Part shown: positions 38,251 to 51,823 of the stretch, piece after piece
Position numbering within the stretch: the first letter of the stretch is position 1
Layout: every line of letters begins with the position of its first letter
Origin: Chiloscyllium plagiosum
Taxonomy: Eukaryota
Direction: 5' to 3'
Length of the DNA: 64,000 nucleotides
Assembly (NCBI RefSeq): GCF_004010195.1
Contig: NC_057752.1
Coordinates: 4,468,590-4,532,589 of the forward strand
Notes under the pieces: generated by a model
What the model was told of the DNA's origin: nothing
The model's database searches: none
What the model saw: the letters and a program-made list of their open reading frames with translations, nothing else
Position numbers and translations under genes: made by a program

Positions 38251-38320
38251 TTGGACTGGTCTGGGAGTGCCCTTCAGTATTGTCCAGACAGAGTGTGCCA
38301 CATCGTCCTAGTGTGCTGAC
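38251..38320 (+). pseudogene. PIF/Harbinger transposase fossil, 3' continuation
   Basis: LDWSGSALQYCPDRVCHIVLVC is the segment expected right after the LK.RFRC motif. Confidence 0.75.
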
Positions 38321-39917
38321 AATGAGGTGATGTGCTGTATGCTGAGGAATTGGGGGAACAAGAGCAGTCTCCGAGGAGAAGGAATCCCTCCTTGACCATG
38401 CCAGCTCAGCTGTGTTGAGTGCTACAAGGCAGATAGGACCTTGAGGACACCCACTTCCAGTAGATGAGAGCAGGGTGCAGCAGTACACCATGGACTCAAC
38501 ATTGGTCATGTAGCTAGCATTTGGTTTGCATTGTGGAGGTGAACCTCAGGCTATATTTGTTAGTTTGTGTTCGCTTTTGCTGGCTATAAATAAGTGCTCA
38601 TGTTCGGAATATCCAGTTGCTTATTTGTTTGTGATATTTCCTAATGACAAGATGCACCTGTACAGTGGGCACAGAGGGCAGAGTAGAGGTCACCTAGAGA
38701 AAGTGTTTAGATGGAATGTAGCTACAGACAGGTAGAGGGTGTGGTGTGGTGGTTAAACAGCAGCAAGGCTGAGAGAATGGAATTGTATGTACGAAGGAAT
38801 GTCAGCCATGCCGGCTATATATTTGAGCAGCATAGTTTTGTGGCCTTCTGCCATTATGCTACTTTTGGGGGACGGAGGGTGGCAACACAATTACCAATGC
38901 TTGTCCAGGGGCACAGCTGGCTTTTAAATATCGCATAGGTGCACAATACTGGTCTTTCAGCATCTATCTGCTGAGTGGCAAGTTGTAGGAATAGCATGTG
39001 TAAGGTGGGACTCAAATCAGGTGTGAGGGAAGCTATTGGGGCAGAGTAGGTACTTAATGAGATGTGTTTGCTAAGATATGGTGAGAATCCTTCCGAAGAA
39101 ATGTAACTTACACATGTGAGATTCAGCCCGTGTCTTTTATCAGATTTTTGCAGCCATTCTATTTTAACAATTCTTCTTTTTCCATTTACCTCTGAGAAGC
39201 ACCTTGAGATGCTTTCCTCCATCAAATGCACACCACAGGCATTGCCCTATCCCCACTGTACATGCACGTGTTTAGACTTCATTTAAAATATTTTCTGACT
39301 CCATTGCAAGTAATGTAAGATGCTGACATTAAATGCTTCACTCCAGTGTTATTACTGAGACGTTAAACCAGTACTTTAAACTGGTTAACATGGCGGGCAA
39401 AGGCTTTCGTATATGTCATTTCAGCCTTTGAGTACAAGAGCACATTCCATCACTTTGCAATAGAATCCAGTGCTTCTGACCAATGACTGGAGGGGTGGGT
39501 GGAAGTGGTTCATGATTTAGGAAACTTGCTGATTCAATTTCCTCTTTAAGCCAGGGTTTCTGATTCCAAATGTCAAGCTCCTATTGCTACAGTGCTGCTT
39601 AGATCAGCAAACTCTCAGGATCGAACTTGTGACCTCCTGGTCCACATGACTCAGAATGACATCATACTCAATGCTTCATTGAGTAGAAAATGTCTCAACT
39701 GAGTGCAGTGAAGCCAATAGAGACAGTGGCAACAATAGGTAGGATTATATTGAAAAGGCCAGACAATATTATCTTACTGGCCTTTGTGGCATGTTCGGTC
39801 AGCTCAGTCTAAAACCTTCATTTCCTTTGCTGCTATACTGGGTACCAGGAAAGACTAAAGTAATGTTGCATTTGTTTGATTTGAATCAGGAGCCTTTCTC
39901 TTTGTTAAGGTGTGCTT

Positions 39918-40105
39918 GGTAGACAAGCAGGAGGCTGGAGGAACACAGCAAGCCAGGCAACACCAGGAGGTGGAGAAGACAAGATTTCGGGTATATCTGA
40001 AATGTTGACTTCTCCACCTCCTGATGCTACCTGGATTGCTGTGTTCCTCCAGCCTCCTGCTTGTCTACTTTGGAGTCCAGCATCTGCAGCTTTTCTGTCT
40101 TTAAC
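39918..40105. mobile_element. PLE-derived fold-back mini-element (family D)
   Basis: Inverted arms GTAGACAAGCAGGAGGCTGGAGGAACACAGC / GCTGTGTTCCTCCAGCCTCCTGCTTGTCTAC. CAGCATCTGCAG tail as in family A. Flanking aa[g/a]gtgtgctt repeat. Confidence 0.75.
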
Positions 40106-40159
40106 CAAAGTGTGCTTTTGAACAGTAATTATGTCTGTTGGTGTGGAGCGGTAATTAAA

Positions 40160-42055
40160 CTTTTCGATGGTATTAGGCAAGAACTTTTAAAAGCCGATTG
40201 GAGGCAGATGTTCGCAGGTAAAGGGACGGCTGGAAAATGGGAAGCCTTCAGTAATGAGATAATAAGAATCCAGAGAAAGTATATTCCTGTCAGGGTGAAA
40301 GGGAAGGCTGGTAGGTATAGAGAATGCTGGATGACGAAAGAAATTGAGGGTTTGGTTAAGGAAAAGAAGGAAGCATATGTCAGGTATAGACAGGATAGAT
40401 CGAGTGAATCCTTAGAGTATAAAGAAAGTAGGAGTATACTTAAGAGAGAAATCAGGAGGGAAAAACAGGGACACGAGATAGCTTTGGCAAATAGAATTAA
40501 GGAGAATCCAAAGGGCTTTTACAAATATATTAAGGACAAAAGGGTAACTAGGGACGGAATACGGCCCCTCAAAGATCAGCAAGGTGGCCTTTGTGTGGAA
40601 CCACAGAAAATGGGGGAGTTACTAAAAGAATATTTTCATCAGTATTTACTGTGGAAAAGGATATGGAAGATATAGACTGTAGTGAAATAGATGGTGACAT
40701 CTTGCAAAATGTCCAGATTACAGAGGATGAAGTGCTGGATGTCTTGAAACGGTTAAAAGTGGATAAATCCCCAGGACCTGATCAGGTGTACCCGAGAACT
40801 CTGTGGGAAGCTAGAGAAGTGATTGCTGGGCCTCTTGCTGAGATATTTGTATCATCGATAGTCACAGGTGAGGTGCCGGAAGACTGGAGGTTGGCAAACG
40901 TNNNNNNNNNNNNNNNNNNNNNNNNNNNNNNNNNNNNNNNNNNNNNNNNNNNNNNNNNNNNNNNNNNNNNNNNNNNNNNNNNNNNNNNNNNNNNNNNNNN
41001 NNNNNNNNNNNNNNNNNNNNNNNNNNNNNNNNNNNNNNNNNNNNNNNNNNNNNNNNNNNNNNNNNNNNNNNNNNNNNNNNNNNNNNNNNNNNNNNNNNNN
41101 NNNNNNNNNNNNNNNNNNNNNNNNNNNNNNNNNNNNNNNNNNNNNNNNNNNNNNNNNNNNNNNNNNNNNNNNNNNNNNNNNNNNNNNNNNNNNNNNNNNN
41201 NNNNNNNNNNNNNNNNNNNNNNNNNNNNNNNNNNNNNNNNNNNNNNNNNNNNNNNNNNNNNNNNNNNNNNNNNNNNNNNNNNNNNNNNNNNNNNNNNNNN
41301 NNNNNNNNNNNNNNNNNNNNNNNNNNNNNNNNNNNNNNNNNNNNNNNNNNNNNNNNNNNNNNNNNNNNNNNNNNNNNNNNNNNNNNNNNNNNNNNNNNNN
41401 NNNNNNNNNNNNNNNNNNNNNNNNNNNNNNNNNNNNNNNNNNNNNNNNNNNNNNNNNNNNNNNNNNNNNNNNNNNNNNNNNNNNNNNNNNNNNNNNNNNN
41501 NNNNNNNNNNNNNNNNNNNNNNNNNNNNNNNNNNNNNNNNNNNNNNNNNNNNNNNNNNNNNNNNNNNNNNNNNNNNNNNNNNNNNNNNNNNNNNNNNNNN
41601 NNNNNNNNNNNNNNNNNNNNNNNNNNNNNNNNNNNNNNNNNNNNNNNNNNNNNNNNNNNNNNNNNNNNNNNNNNNNNNATAGAGGTTTACAAAATTATGA
41701 GGGGCATGGATAGGATAAATAGACAAAGTCTTTTCCCTGGGATCGGGGAGTTCAGAACTAGAGGGCATAAGTTTAGGGTGAGAGGGAAAAGATATAAAAG
41801 AGACCTAAAGGGCAACTTTTTCACGCAGAGGGTGGTATGTGTATGGAATAAGTTGCCAGAGGATGTGGTGGAGGCTGGTGCAATTGCAACATTTAAGAGG
41901 CATTTGGATGGGTATATGAATAGGAAGGGTTTGGAGGGATATGGGCTGGGTGCTGGCAGGTGGGACTAGATTGGGTTGGGATATCTGGTCTGCATGGACG
42001 GGTTGGACCGAAGGGTCTGTTTCCATGCTGTACATCTCTATGACTCTGTGACTCT
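40160..42055 (+). mobile_element. Young CR1/HER1 LINE spanning an assembly gap
   Basis: ORF2 peptides IKENPKGFYKYI, DKSPGPD and PEDWRLAN before the gap; C-terminus and 3' UTR after it. Confidence 0.92.
40902..41678. other. Assembly gap (777 N)
   Basis: Run of N. Confidence 0.99.
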
Positions 42056-43584
42056 TGGCCAACAGAAAAGGCTTGCATTTCGCTGGTAACTTTCAAAATC
42101 TCAGGACTTCCAAGAGCATTTTACAGCCAATTAAGTACTTTTGATGTGTTATTACCTTAGAAAATCTGGCAGCCATTTTGTTTACAGCAAGGTTCCACAA
42201 TCAGCATTAGGACAAATGAACAAATCAACCTTCTTGATTTGCTCCCCAAGCACCTTCTTTAAACATTAATTCCTGAAACACCGATGTACAATGTCTGCAG
42301 TTAGTGTCAACTATAAGGTGCACTGCAGCAACTTGACAACGCTCCTTTGGCAGCACCTTCCAAGCAAACAACCTCACCCATCTAGAAGGACAAGGGCAAC
42401 AGGTACATGGGAACACCACTGCATATAAGTTCCCCTCCAAACCATACACCATCTTGACTTGAAAATATATTGCCCTTCCTTCGCTGGCACTGGGTCAAAA
42501 TCCTGGAATTTGTTAACAGTACAGTGAGTGCGCCATCACCTTCTTCAGCGATAGCCACATCCCATGAAAGAATTTAAAAAAAGAGACCAGATCATCTGTT
42601 TTCGTGCAAGTGGCAAATCTATCTCCCTTCTGTTTAAAAAGTGGGATTAACTAATTTAAATGAGTTGATTGATGCCTTGTTGTGATGGTTTAGAGGGGAA
42701 TTGGACACAAACAACCCTACAATAGCAGATATTTGAGCTGATTTGACACATCTCCATTAGGTGGCAGTAGAAGATAGTATGTTGCACTCAGATTCGCCTC
42801 ATTTAGGAATTACAGTACTCACATGGGAGAGTTCATGTTAGGCTGAAATAATGGGGAGCATCTGACAGCGTTGAATCCATTCAGATTAATTTCTCTTCTT
42901 CACCCATATTACAAAGGTGATGAACCATTTAAAATAAACAGGAAGATAATTTCGAGGATGCTGACATTTGACTAATTACATGTCAGCAAATCTATAGATT
43001 CTGGCGTTTGTTTTCATCAGTGTGTGCTTTATTAGCTGGTTTGTTGCTCTTTAATAATTAAACCCTCGACAGCTGGTTCTCAAACTCAATGCTTTATTCT
43101 GTAAACTAGTCATTAAAATTTCTCAAAGGTAGAAACAGCTGCTTCAGTTTACACACTGTTGATGGACTTGACACCTGACTTGGCTGTGCTTAACGCTGAC
43201 AATAGGGGCCTGAGCCAGAGAGTACTCTGTCGGCCTCACCTTCATCATTACAACATTCACAAAACAAGTTAATGCAAGGAACTGATAGCATTATGAAGAT
43301 TCACATAAATCGACAGCAATATTAAATTACAATTACATAATAAGCAGAGAATGCTGGAAACACTCAGCAGGTTGTGGCAGTATCTATGTGGAGAAACAGG
43401 GTCAATGTTTCACTTCAATCACCCAGAACTGAACAATGTTAGAGATGAACTGCTTGTAAGCAAATACAGAGGCCTGGGTAAAAGACAGGGAAAGAACACA
43501 TTTTACTTTTCCTCTGATCATTTGTTTTCTTCAAGATCAGTCCAATGTGGCCTGATGTATTTAGTGTCTGACAAGTAATTCGGT

Positions 43585-44655
43585 TACAGAAGCAGAAGTT
43601 TCTGGAAAAGCTCAGCAGGCCTGATAGCATCTGTGAAGAGAAATCAGAGTTAATGTCTCGGGTCCGGTGACCCTTCCTTAGGACTGATGGGAACTCGGAA
43701 AATGTTGGTTTATATGCAGAAGATAGGGGGTAAGGAGTAATTGATATGTAGGGATGGAGCCCAAAGAGAGAGAAGGACAGTTGGACAGACAAAGCAGTGG
43801 ATAAAGATCTGGCTGAGAGGACGAATAGCTGTTAATGGAGACAGTTAGTGGTTAACAATAGGCCATGTGTAATGGCAGACTATGTGATAACAAGGCTGGT
43901 GTGTGGGGAGAGGGCTAGGACATAGGGGAGTTCAGGCCCTAAAATTATTGAACTCAGTATTGAGTCCCGAGGATTACGGGGTCCCCAAGCGGACAATGAG
44001 GTGTTATTCTTCCAGTTTACACTGAGCTTCACTGGAACACTGCAGGAAGCCTGAGACAGAGATGTTGACCAGGGAACAGAGTGGTGCGTTAAAGTGACAG
44101 GCAACTGGAGGCTCAGGGTCTATTTTGCGGACACAATGTAGATGTTCTGCAAAGCCATCACTCAATCTATGCTTCATTTCCCCAACGTAGAGAAGACCAC
44201 ATTGTGAGCAGCGAATGCAGTAGATGAGATTGAGGAAAGTGCAGGTAAAGTGCTGCTTTACCTAGAAGGTAGGTTTCAGCCCTTGGATACTGAGGAGGGA
44301 GGAGGTAAATGGGCCGGTGTTACACCTTCGGCGATTGCAGGGGATGGTGTTGTGGGACCGTAGGGTGGGGTTTGGGAGTGGAGTAAGAGTGGACTGGGGC
44401 CTCCCTGAGGGAGCAGTCCCTGTGGAATGGGGACAAAGGAGGGGAGAGGACTCTATATCTGGTGATGGCACCTTGCTGGGGGTGGTGGAAATGGCAGCTG
44501 ATGATCTTCTGGAGGTTTCGTTCTGAAGAAGGGTCACTCAACCCGAAACATTAACTCTGATTTCTCTCCCCAGATGCTGCCCAGACTTGCTGAGCTTTTC
44601 CAGCAATTTCTATTTTTGTCTCTGATTTACAGCATCTGCATTTCTTTTGGTTTTT
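43585..44655 (-). mobile_element. Penelope-like element (family C): decayed GIY-YIG with an inverted pseudo-LTR
   Basis: Minus strand PCNRRRCNT...FTCTFLNLIYCIRCSQCGLLYVGEMKHRL...EH. The terminus at about 43590-43685 recurs inverted at 44522-44655 and carries CTGAAGAAGGGTCACTCAACCCGAAAC. Confidence 0.87.
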
Positions 44656-45344
44656 AGTCAAGGGTTTGAGCCTCAGTTTAGAGACTCAAGAAGCATCCAG
44701 ACTGACATTAACAGTGTGCTACTGAAGGAGTGCTGCACTGTGAGAGATGCTATCTTTTGATGGGAGGAGACATAGTCAGCACTTCAACAGAAGTACCGTA
44801 CTGGCTATAAAGCACTCTCGGCTCACTCTGAGGTTGTGAAATGTACAATAGGAACGTAAATCTTATGCTCCTCTGATATGGAACTGAGGCCTATATTCCT
44901 CAGTGCTGAGCACCCTACTGCTGACCATGGCCTGTTTTTTGGGGGAGAGAGTAATACTCTGCTTCCCTTGGGGTTTGGGAATGGGCACAATCAGCCACTA
45001 TTTCTGTTTTTGCAACTTGCACTTCTTGTTGACAGTGCATATACCAATGCTGCCCACCCCGGCTAATGAAATGGTCAGCATACTGGTAAGGTACAGGAGG
45101 GTATATGAAACCCATGGAACTGAACTTCAGCAAATTGAAGAAAAAAAAGGGAAAAAAAACTAACTGCTTGTATTACTTTGCCAATTTGTTTAATAGATTA
45201 ATAATGCACTGTTCAGTGACTCATAAACTTGTCAGTGTGCTGACTAGTGCAAGATAGGATATGATTAGGCAAAAGCCCTCCTTCTTGTTATTCTTCCCTC
45301 TTTATATTTTATCAATGATTGTGCACATTCCAAGCGCTCCAGTA

Positions 45345-45465
45345 AAGATTTGGAGATGTCGGTGTTGGACTGGGGTGGACAAAGTTAAAGAGCACTGCGA
45401 AAGCTAGTGTGCTTCCAATTAAACGTGTTGGACTATAACCTGGTGTTGTGTGACTTTTAACTTTA
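45345..45465. mobile_element. PLE mini-element family B (short fold-back)
   Basis: GATTTGGAGATG.CGGTGTTGGACTGGGG end joined to GAAAGCTAGTGTGCTTCC...GTGTGACTTTTAAC. Confidence 0.8.
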
Positions 45466-45702
45466 TTCAATAAAGATGTTTGTGTGTCTAGACCAACCTT
45501 GCTGAATCTCCTATTCAGTGCCCTGAGTTGATGCATCCTCTAATATCCATTGAACTGACATCATTTCAGTGCCCCTTTGCAGCCCTGCAAAGCTCTTTCC
45601 AGGTTCATCAACCGATGCAGGAACCATGAGTCAAAGTTGCACATAGTGTACTATATTGGATGAAATTTTTTCGCTTTCTATTTTAACAAGGGGGTTCATT
45701 TC

Positions 45703-46314
45703 ATCATAGAGTCATAGAGAAGTACAGCACGGAAACAGACCCTTCAGTCCAACTTGTCCATGCTGACCAGATATCCCAACCCAATCTAGTTCCATTTGCC
45801 AGCACTTGGCCCATATCCTTCTAAACCCTTCCTGTTCACATGCCATATACGCACCACCCTCTGTGTGAAAAGGTTGCCCCTTAGGTCTCTTTTATATCTT
45901 TCCCCTCTCACCCTAAACCTATGCCCTCCAGTCTGGACTCCCACACACCAGGGAAAAGACCTTGTCTTTTACTCTAACCATGCCTGTCATGATTTTGTAA
46001 ACCTCTATAAGGTCACCCCTCAGCCTCCAACGCTCCAGGGAAAGCAGTCCTAGCCTATTCAGCCTCTCCCTATAGCTCAAATTCTCCAACCCTGGCAACA
46101 TCCTTGTAAATCTTTTCTGAACCCTTTCAAGTTTCACAACATCCTTCCGAGATAGGAGGGAGCCCAGAATTGCACACAATATTCCAAAAATGACCTAACC
46201 AATGTCCTGTACAGCCACAACGTGACCTCCCAACTCCTGTACTCAATGTTCTGACCAATAAAGGAAAGCATACTAATCACCTTCTTCACTATCCTATCTA
46301 CCTGCGACTCCACT
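45703..46314 (-). mobile_element. CR1/HER1 LINE 3' fragment
   Basis: LYRTLVRSFLEYCVQFW and KLERVQKRFTRMLPGL. Confidence 0.92.
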
Positions 46315-48929
46315 TTTATTTTAAATCTATCCAAGTCTTTGGTTAAAAAGTAGATTAGCAAACAGCAATCCCATGTGCATTCCTGATGTGCAAGCTGAGT
46401 ATCATTGGGCTTTTTATCCAGGAAGGGCATCACAGTGTCAGGCGCAGGAATGATTAAAGTGCTCAGGTTCTCAAACAGGGACAGAACCCGAAACATTCCA
46501 TATTACAGTAACACACAAGACTTCCCAAACTTGGAACTGGAGCAGCTATGAAAGGCATATTAACTCAAAACCCCATCTGCCCTCTCAGGTGGATGTGGAA
46601 GATCCCACAGCACAATATGAGAAATGCAACATAAATGTTAGTTATTGTTGGTTTTGCAGAATAATTGGCCTTACAAGCCAGGGACATGAAAAAGATCCTG
46701 GAGAAAGGAACACCACTTGATGATAAAATCAGGCTTGACCATGACATCCCCTGTGGTGGAATTGCGTGGTAAGCTTCAGATTTCCACATATTATTTTAAC
46801 GCCAATCTTAATTCTTTTTACTTTAAGTAGGTGAATGCTGGGATTGAAATAATTCCAATTTGAAAATCTAGGTTTCTCTTTTTAGCTTTCATTGGACTTG
46901 AAAAGTCCATTTGTACTGGCAAAGTTGGGCAATTGATGCAAGGGGGTGGGGGCAGAGGTTGCTATTTATGATCTCAAAGAAGCTGTGGTCAATGGACTTC
47001 TTTGAGTTCAGCAAACAATTGGGATCCACTTCGATTCTGTCAGACTGCTTTGCGCACTAATACCTTGGCTACACTGCACCTTTCCTCCATGTCGAATGTT
47101 GTCCCGGTTTGATGATCATCTGCATCCTTGAACTCATAAGAACCTCAGGGAAGTCACTGATGGCAGTGTGAGAACAAGAAGTTCTGAGCTTTCAAAGCTG
47201 TTCCAGAAGCTTGCTTGGGATGCTTGGTGTGATGTTAGAACAGGAACATTTTCAGCTTCTGTCACTGTTTGTGCTGGTTCTCAGCCATGTGTGTGGCACA
47301 CAGCTGTTGACCCGAACACTCCTGGAGTCAAAAAAGAAAAAGTAAAATTGTTATTCTCAATCCTGTCAGTTACTGGATCCAATGGATGCCCTCCTTGATC
47401 AAACAATCCACTGACATTCAGCTTGGATGTCACAAATGACCACATGAATAGCTCCAGATATCCTGCTGTGCCTCAATTGGCTTCAGCCCTTGTTGACACC
47501 AGAAGGAATGGCAGGAAGGGAAGAACATCAGAGAATTGGAGAGCGTAAGGCTTTCTATGGAGTGATGATATAAAGGCCGTCACGAGCCATCAGTCTCTGT
47601 GAATTACACATAACTTACTTACAGTATGTTCAGATGTGATGTGAAACAACCTTTATGACCAGATTCTGAAATGAATGAGTCTCACACAGGCTGCATTCAA
47701 GTAGAGGACTAAAATGGGACACTACCACATTAATTCTGCTTACTTGTATACCTCTGTAAAGGACTGTGTCAGCGAAGGTGTCGGCAGCAGTTGTCATCCT
47801 TAATACTGGTAAATCTATAACAGCCAGGGCACAGTGTCAGTCATATTTAACAAACGGAAGTTGGACTTGTGCTGTAATAAATGCCTCCATTCATAAAACT
47901 GGCTGTAAGTAATGAGTTAGCAAGTTATCCGGCGGGTCAGATACTCTCTATGTGAGAGTATTAATCTAATCTAAATGCCAACAACATCCCTGCCCATTTA
48001 TATACACTATTAAAATCAGACAGTGGGATGCAAGCCCCAATATATACAAGAGAATATTGGATATCTGAGAGCTCTTTTCAGGCAGTGATTGGATAGTAAT
48101 TTATGGTTAGAATGAGACTAAAGTTTTGGTAATTAAATTACTGTCTTGAAACTAATACTGTATGATATATTGTTTTAAAATAATTTACATTAACTCAATG
48201 CCATTATTTTACTGTGGGTCCACCTGCTAGATCCCTGACAGGTGATTAGAAAATAATTTGCAGCTCGATACTGGAAACCTCTACACACAAGATGTGAACT
48301 TGTTGAGTTCAGAGCTTCACGAACGTGGGGTTCAATGAGGAATTGATGTGTGGTTCCTGAAGGATTTTGCATCCATTACAAACTAATCTCCAATGTATAC
48401 ATTGTACAAAGTTAATTGTCCCTTATTTCCTAATCCTTCAAGATCAGTTGCTCCCTGCGTTTCAGGCTCAAGTCCAGCTATTGCATCACTGGTGGGGAGG
48501 GGAGCCTAAACTAGCTGGGAGCATATCCAGCAAAGATCAGAAGGAGTGCTCAATGTGTGTTCCCACACTGGGATTGTAAAATTGCAATAGTCAGCCTTTT
48601 GTTTTGTCACTGTGAAGATATTTTGGCTTCATCTTGATTCCAAAGATGGATTCTAACTTGGCTATGAAATTATCTAAAAAAGTAAGAACATATGCATTTT
48701 GATAGTGCCTTTCACAAACTCATGATGCCCCAAAGCACTTTACAGCCAATGAAGGATTTCTGAATTGTAATGTAGGATCTAAAACCAAGTTAGATCTGGA
48801 ATTAAACCATCAAGTGCTGAAGGTACGCAGTAGGTCTAGTAACATCGGTGGAGAGAAAAGTATAGTTAATGTTGAGCCCAATAAGTATGACTCAAGTTCT
48901 GAAGAAGTTCTGTGAACTTAAAACTTTAA

Positions 48930-49760
48930 CTCCATAAGCCCATAGGATGTAGGAGCAGAAGTAGGCCATTTAGCCCATCGAGTCTGCTGTGCTGTTCATG
49001 GCAGTTGACAATCCTCAATTTCACTTTCCTGCCTTTTCTCCCACAACCTTTGATTCCCTCACTGATTAAAAATCCATCTATCTTGGCCGTTAATGTATTT
49101 AATGACCTAATCTCTACAGCCCTTTGCGGTGAATAATTCCACAAATTAACTACTGTCTGAGAGAAAACAAAATCCTCCTCATCTTTGTCTTCAATGGTGA
49201 CCTCTTATTCTGAGATTATGCCCTCTGCTCTGAGACTCTCGCATAAGGGGAAACAATTTTTCTGCATCTAACCTGTCACATCCATAAAAAAAATGTAAAT
49301 TTCAATAACATCGCCTCTCATTCTCCTAAACACCAATATGTACAGGCCTGAACTCTACTCATAAGGTAGTGCCTGGGATCAGCCCAGTGAACCTTCTCTG
49401 GACTGCCACCAATGTCAGTACAGCATTCCTCAGACAAGGGGCCCAAAACTGCTCACAGTAATCCAGCGGTGTTCTGATTAATGCTTTGTATAGTTTGAGC
49501 AAAACCTCCACCCTTTTATACTCCATTCCCCTTTGAGATAAAAGCCAACGTTCCATTTGTCTTCCCTATTACCTGTTGAACTTGTATGCATTTGGACTCC
49601 CAAATCCCATTATGCTGCAGCTTTCTGCAGTCTTCCCCAATTCCCTGTCTTCTTTGGTGAGCCAATCTCTATCTGTACTACCCCCCACACCATGGACTCT
49701 TATTAAGTAGCCTAATATGTGATATTTTATCAAGGGCTTTCTGAATGTCCAAATATGTTA
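48930..49760 (-). mobile_element. Older CR1 LINE 3' fragment
   Basis: LYKALIRTPLDYCEQFWAP...VQRRFT. Confidence 0.8.
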
Positions 49761-50078
49761 CATCCACTGTTTCTTTCTCCACCAAAGCTGCCATACTTAT
49801 TGAATTTCTCGACTTGTTTTTATTTCAGATTCCTAGTATCTGCTTAATTTTGACTTTATTAAAGTTAGGTCTGTGATGTGCCAATGACTACATTGGTTTC
49901 ACAAGCACTACAGTTCTACTCAAACTGGGTGTGCACTTTCTAATCGCCAATTTACCCATTGAAATACCCTTTCTGCTCTACAATTACATTGTAACTTAGC
50001 CAGGATTCAGGCATTTCTCCATGTTCCCTGACTGCAGACAGTTGCAAAACTGGGAGCATAACTCAGTTCTGATTACTC

Positions 50079-50259
50079 TCCAACAGGTTTAATTGGAAGC
50101 ACACTAGCTTTCGGAGCGCTCCTTCATCAAGTGATCACCCGATGAAAGGGCATCGCTCCGAAAGCTAGTGTGCTTCCAATTAAACCTGTTGGACTATAAC
50201 CTGGTGTTGTGTGATTTTGAACTTTGTACACCCCAGTCCAACACCGGCATCTCCAAATC
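50079..50259. mobile_element. PLE mini-element family B, fold-back with two opposed, decayed hammerhead cores
   Basis: Inverted arms meet at about 50133. Flanks ctgattactctc and ctgatgattctc are a degenerate TSD. Confidence 0.82.
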
Positions 50260-51545
50260 CTGATGATTCTCAGCAGGTATTGGTCCCATCCAGCTATAGC
50301 TACACTTTCCATCTAAAAGTAAACCACTGTAAAGGCGTTGCTCTTAATGTGATTCACTCAGCAGTCCTGTGATTTGCAATCCTGCTGGTATATATAATTT
50401 TATCTGAATGCGTTTGTGGTTTTCAGAACAGGATGTTATGCAAATATATCTGCGACTTGCCAAGGGCTATCAGAACAACAGCGATCAGCATGTTGTTTAA
50501 AGGGGATGAAAGGCAACACCTGCTGAATTCGCATGTTGCCAAGGTGCCTGTTTGAGCAGAGTCCTCGGCGATAACATGCACTAACACTACACCCCTGAAT
50601 ACGCTTTGATCCTTGTCTTGCTGAATTTACAAAATGCAAAGTATGAAGTCACACCTTCTTTTAGAAGCCATACGTATGTCGAGAATCAGGATTTCTCACA
50701 CAAACGGAACCACCTGAACATCTTCTCAGCCTTCAATGTAAATCAATTTATCTACCCTTAAGATGCCAAGTTCAAGTAGGTAATAGTCAGCAAAAGTTTC
50801 GTTCGATTGAAGTGTGTGGGTTAGTTGAAAAAGCCTAAAAAAAACGCTGACAGTCATCTTCCCGTCCAGAGTGATGTGGCCTGCCGATGACAGTAATGTT
50901 AACACTTACAGCGCAAAGTGTAAACCCTCATGCATCAATAACATTCTCCAGTATATCCACTCATGGCCGGCAGGGGGACTTCTTATACTGGCTTCCCAGA
51001 GATTAGAAACACGCTAATGAGATGGCAGAAACAAAATGACCTCCAGTTTTCACAGTGTTGATGTGGAAAACAATAATGGTGCCTGCTCTACTGTTGACTG
51101 CTCCTTTAACCAGCTTTATTCCAAGCTAAGCATAAACAATCTCGCATTCAACTCTGGGAAAGACCACTGTCTGCAGTCTTTCTGCCAAAGTACAAGGCTC
51201 CATTCAATTATCAAACCCTCTCATTGCCTCAAAATAAATTGTATCCTGTATGAGTAGACAATGCCTTTGGTTGCAACTGCAGGGAATGTCCAATTCCAGT
51301 GTTTGCTTTCCTTTGTATGCAAAGACTATACAAAACTGTTTTAGTACCTTGTGTATGTATCTAAGGATTTTTTATGAATAAAGTATATTTTTGCAATTAA
51401 AACATTTGTTGCTGTCTGCTATATCTCTGAGCTCATGTGAAGGACATTCAGGATTGACATTTTAATTTTCTGACTGGTTTAACTAATCTCTATAGTCAGA
51501 ATGTTCCCCTGCACATTCAGTTTTCGGAGCTGCCAGATCCCACAA

Positions 51546-51609
51546 TTTCCTGCTTTCATGTCCTAATTATATTGTTGCAACAATATAATTAGGACATGAA
51601 AGCAGGAAA
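51546..51609. repeat. Perfect 64-bp palindrome with no spacer
   Basis: tttcctgctttcatgtcctaattatattgttg|caacaatataattaggacatgaaagcaggaaa. Confidence 0.97.
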
Positions 51610-51823
51610 CAGTAGTCTGCCTTCTGCCAAAGGCATTAACTGGTGCTAGGGTAAATTTCATCTGTTAGCTGGGCTAAGGGAGGGCTATCTGGTACTTCGA
51701 TCACATCAGGGGCATCACGACTGAACCTAGTTCTGCCATCAGTCAGCTGGAGGAGGTGAGCTGGAACAAAAAACGTATAGAAGGCTGTATCGTGAAGCAG
51801 CCAACAATGCCTTTCAGGCTTTG

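Noticed and set aside
40591..41768. Long ORFs of 281-363 aa in the track
   Set aside because: Artefacts of translating through the N gap. The real parts are CR1 ORF2.
47064..47321. Exon-like block with a good acceptor and donor, considered as a coding exon
   Set aside because: Stop codons in all three frames. Kept only as a possible non-coding exon.
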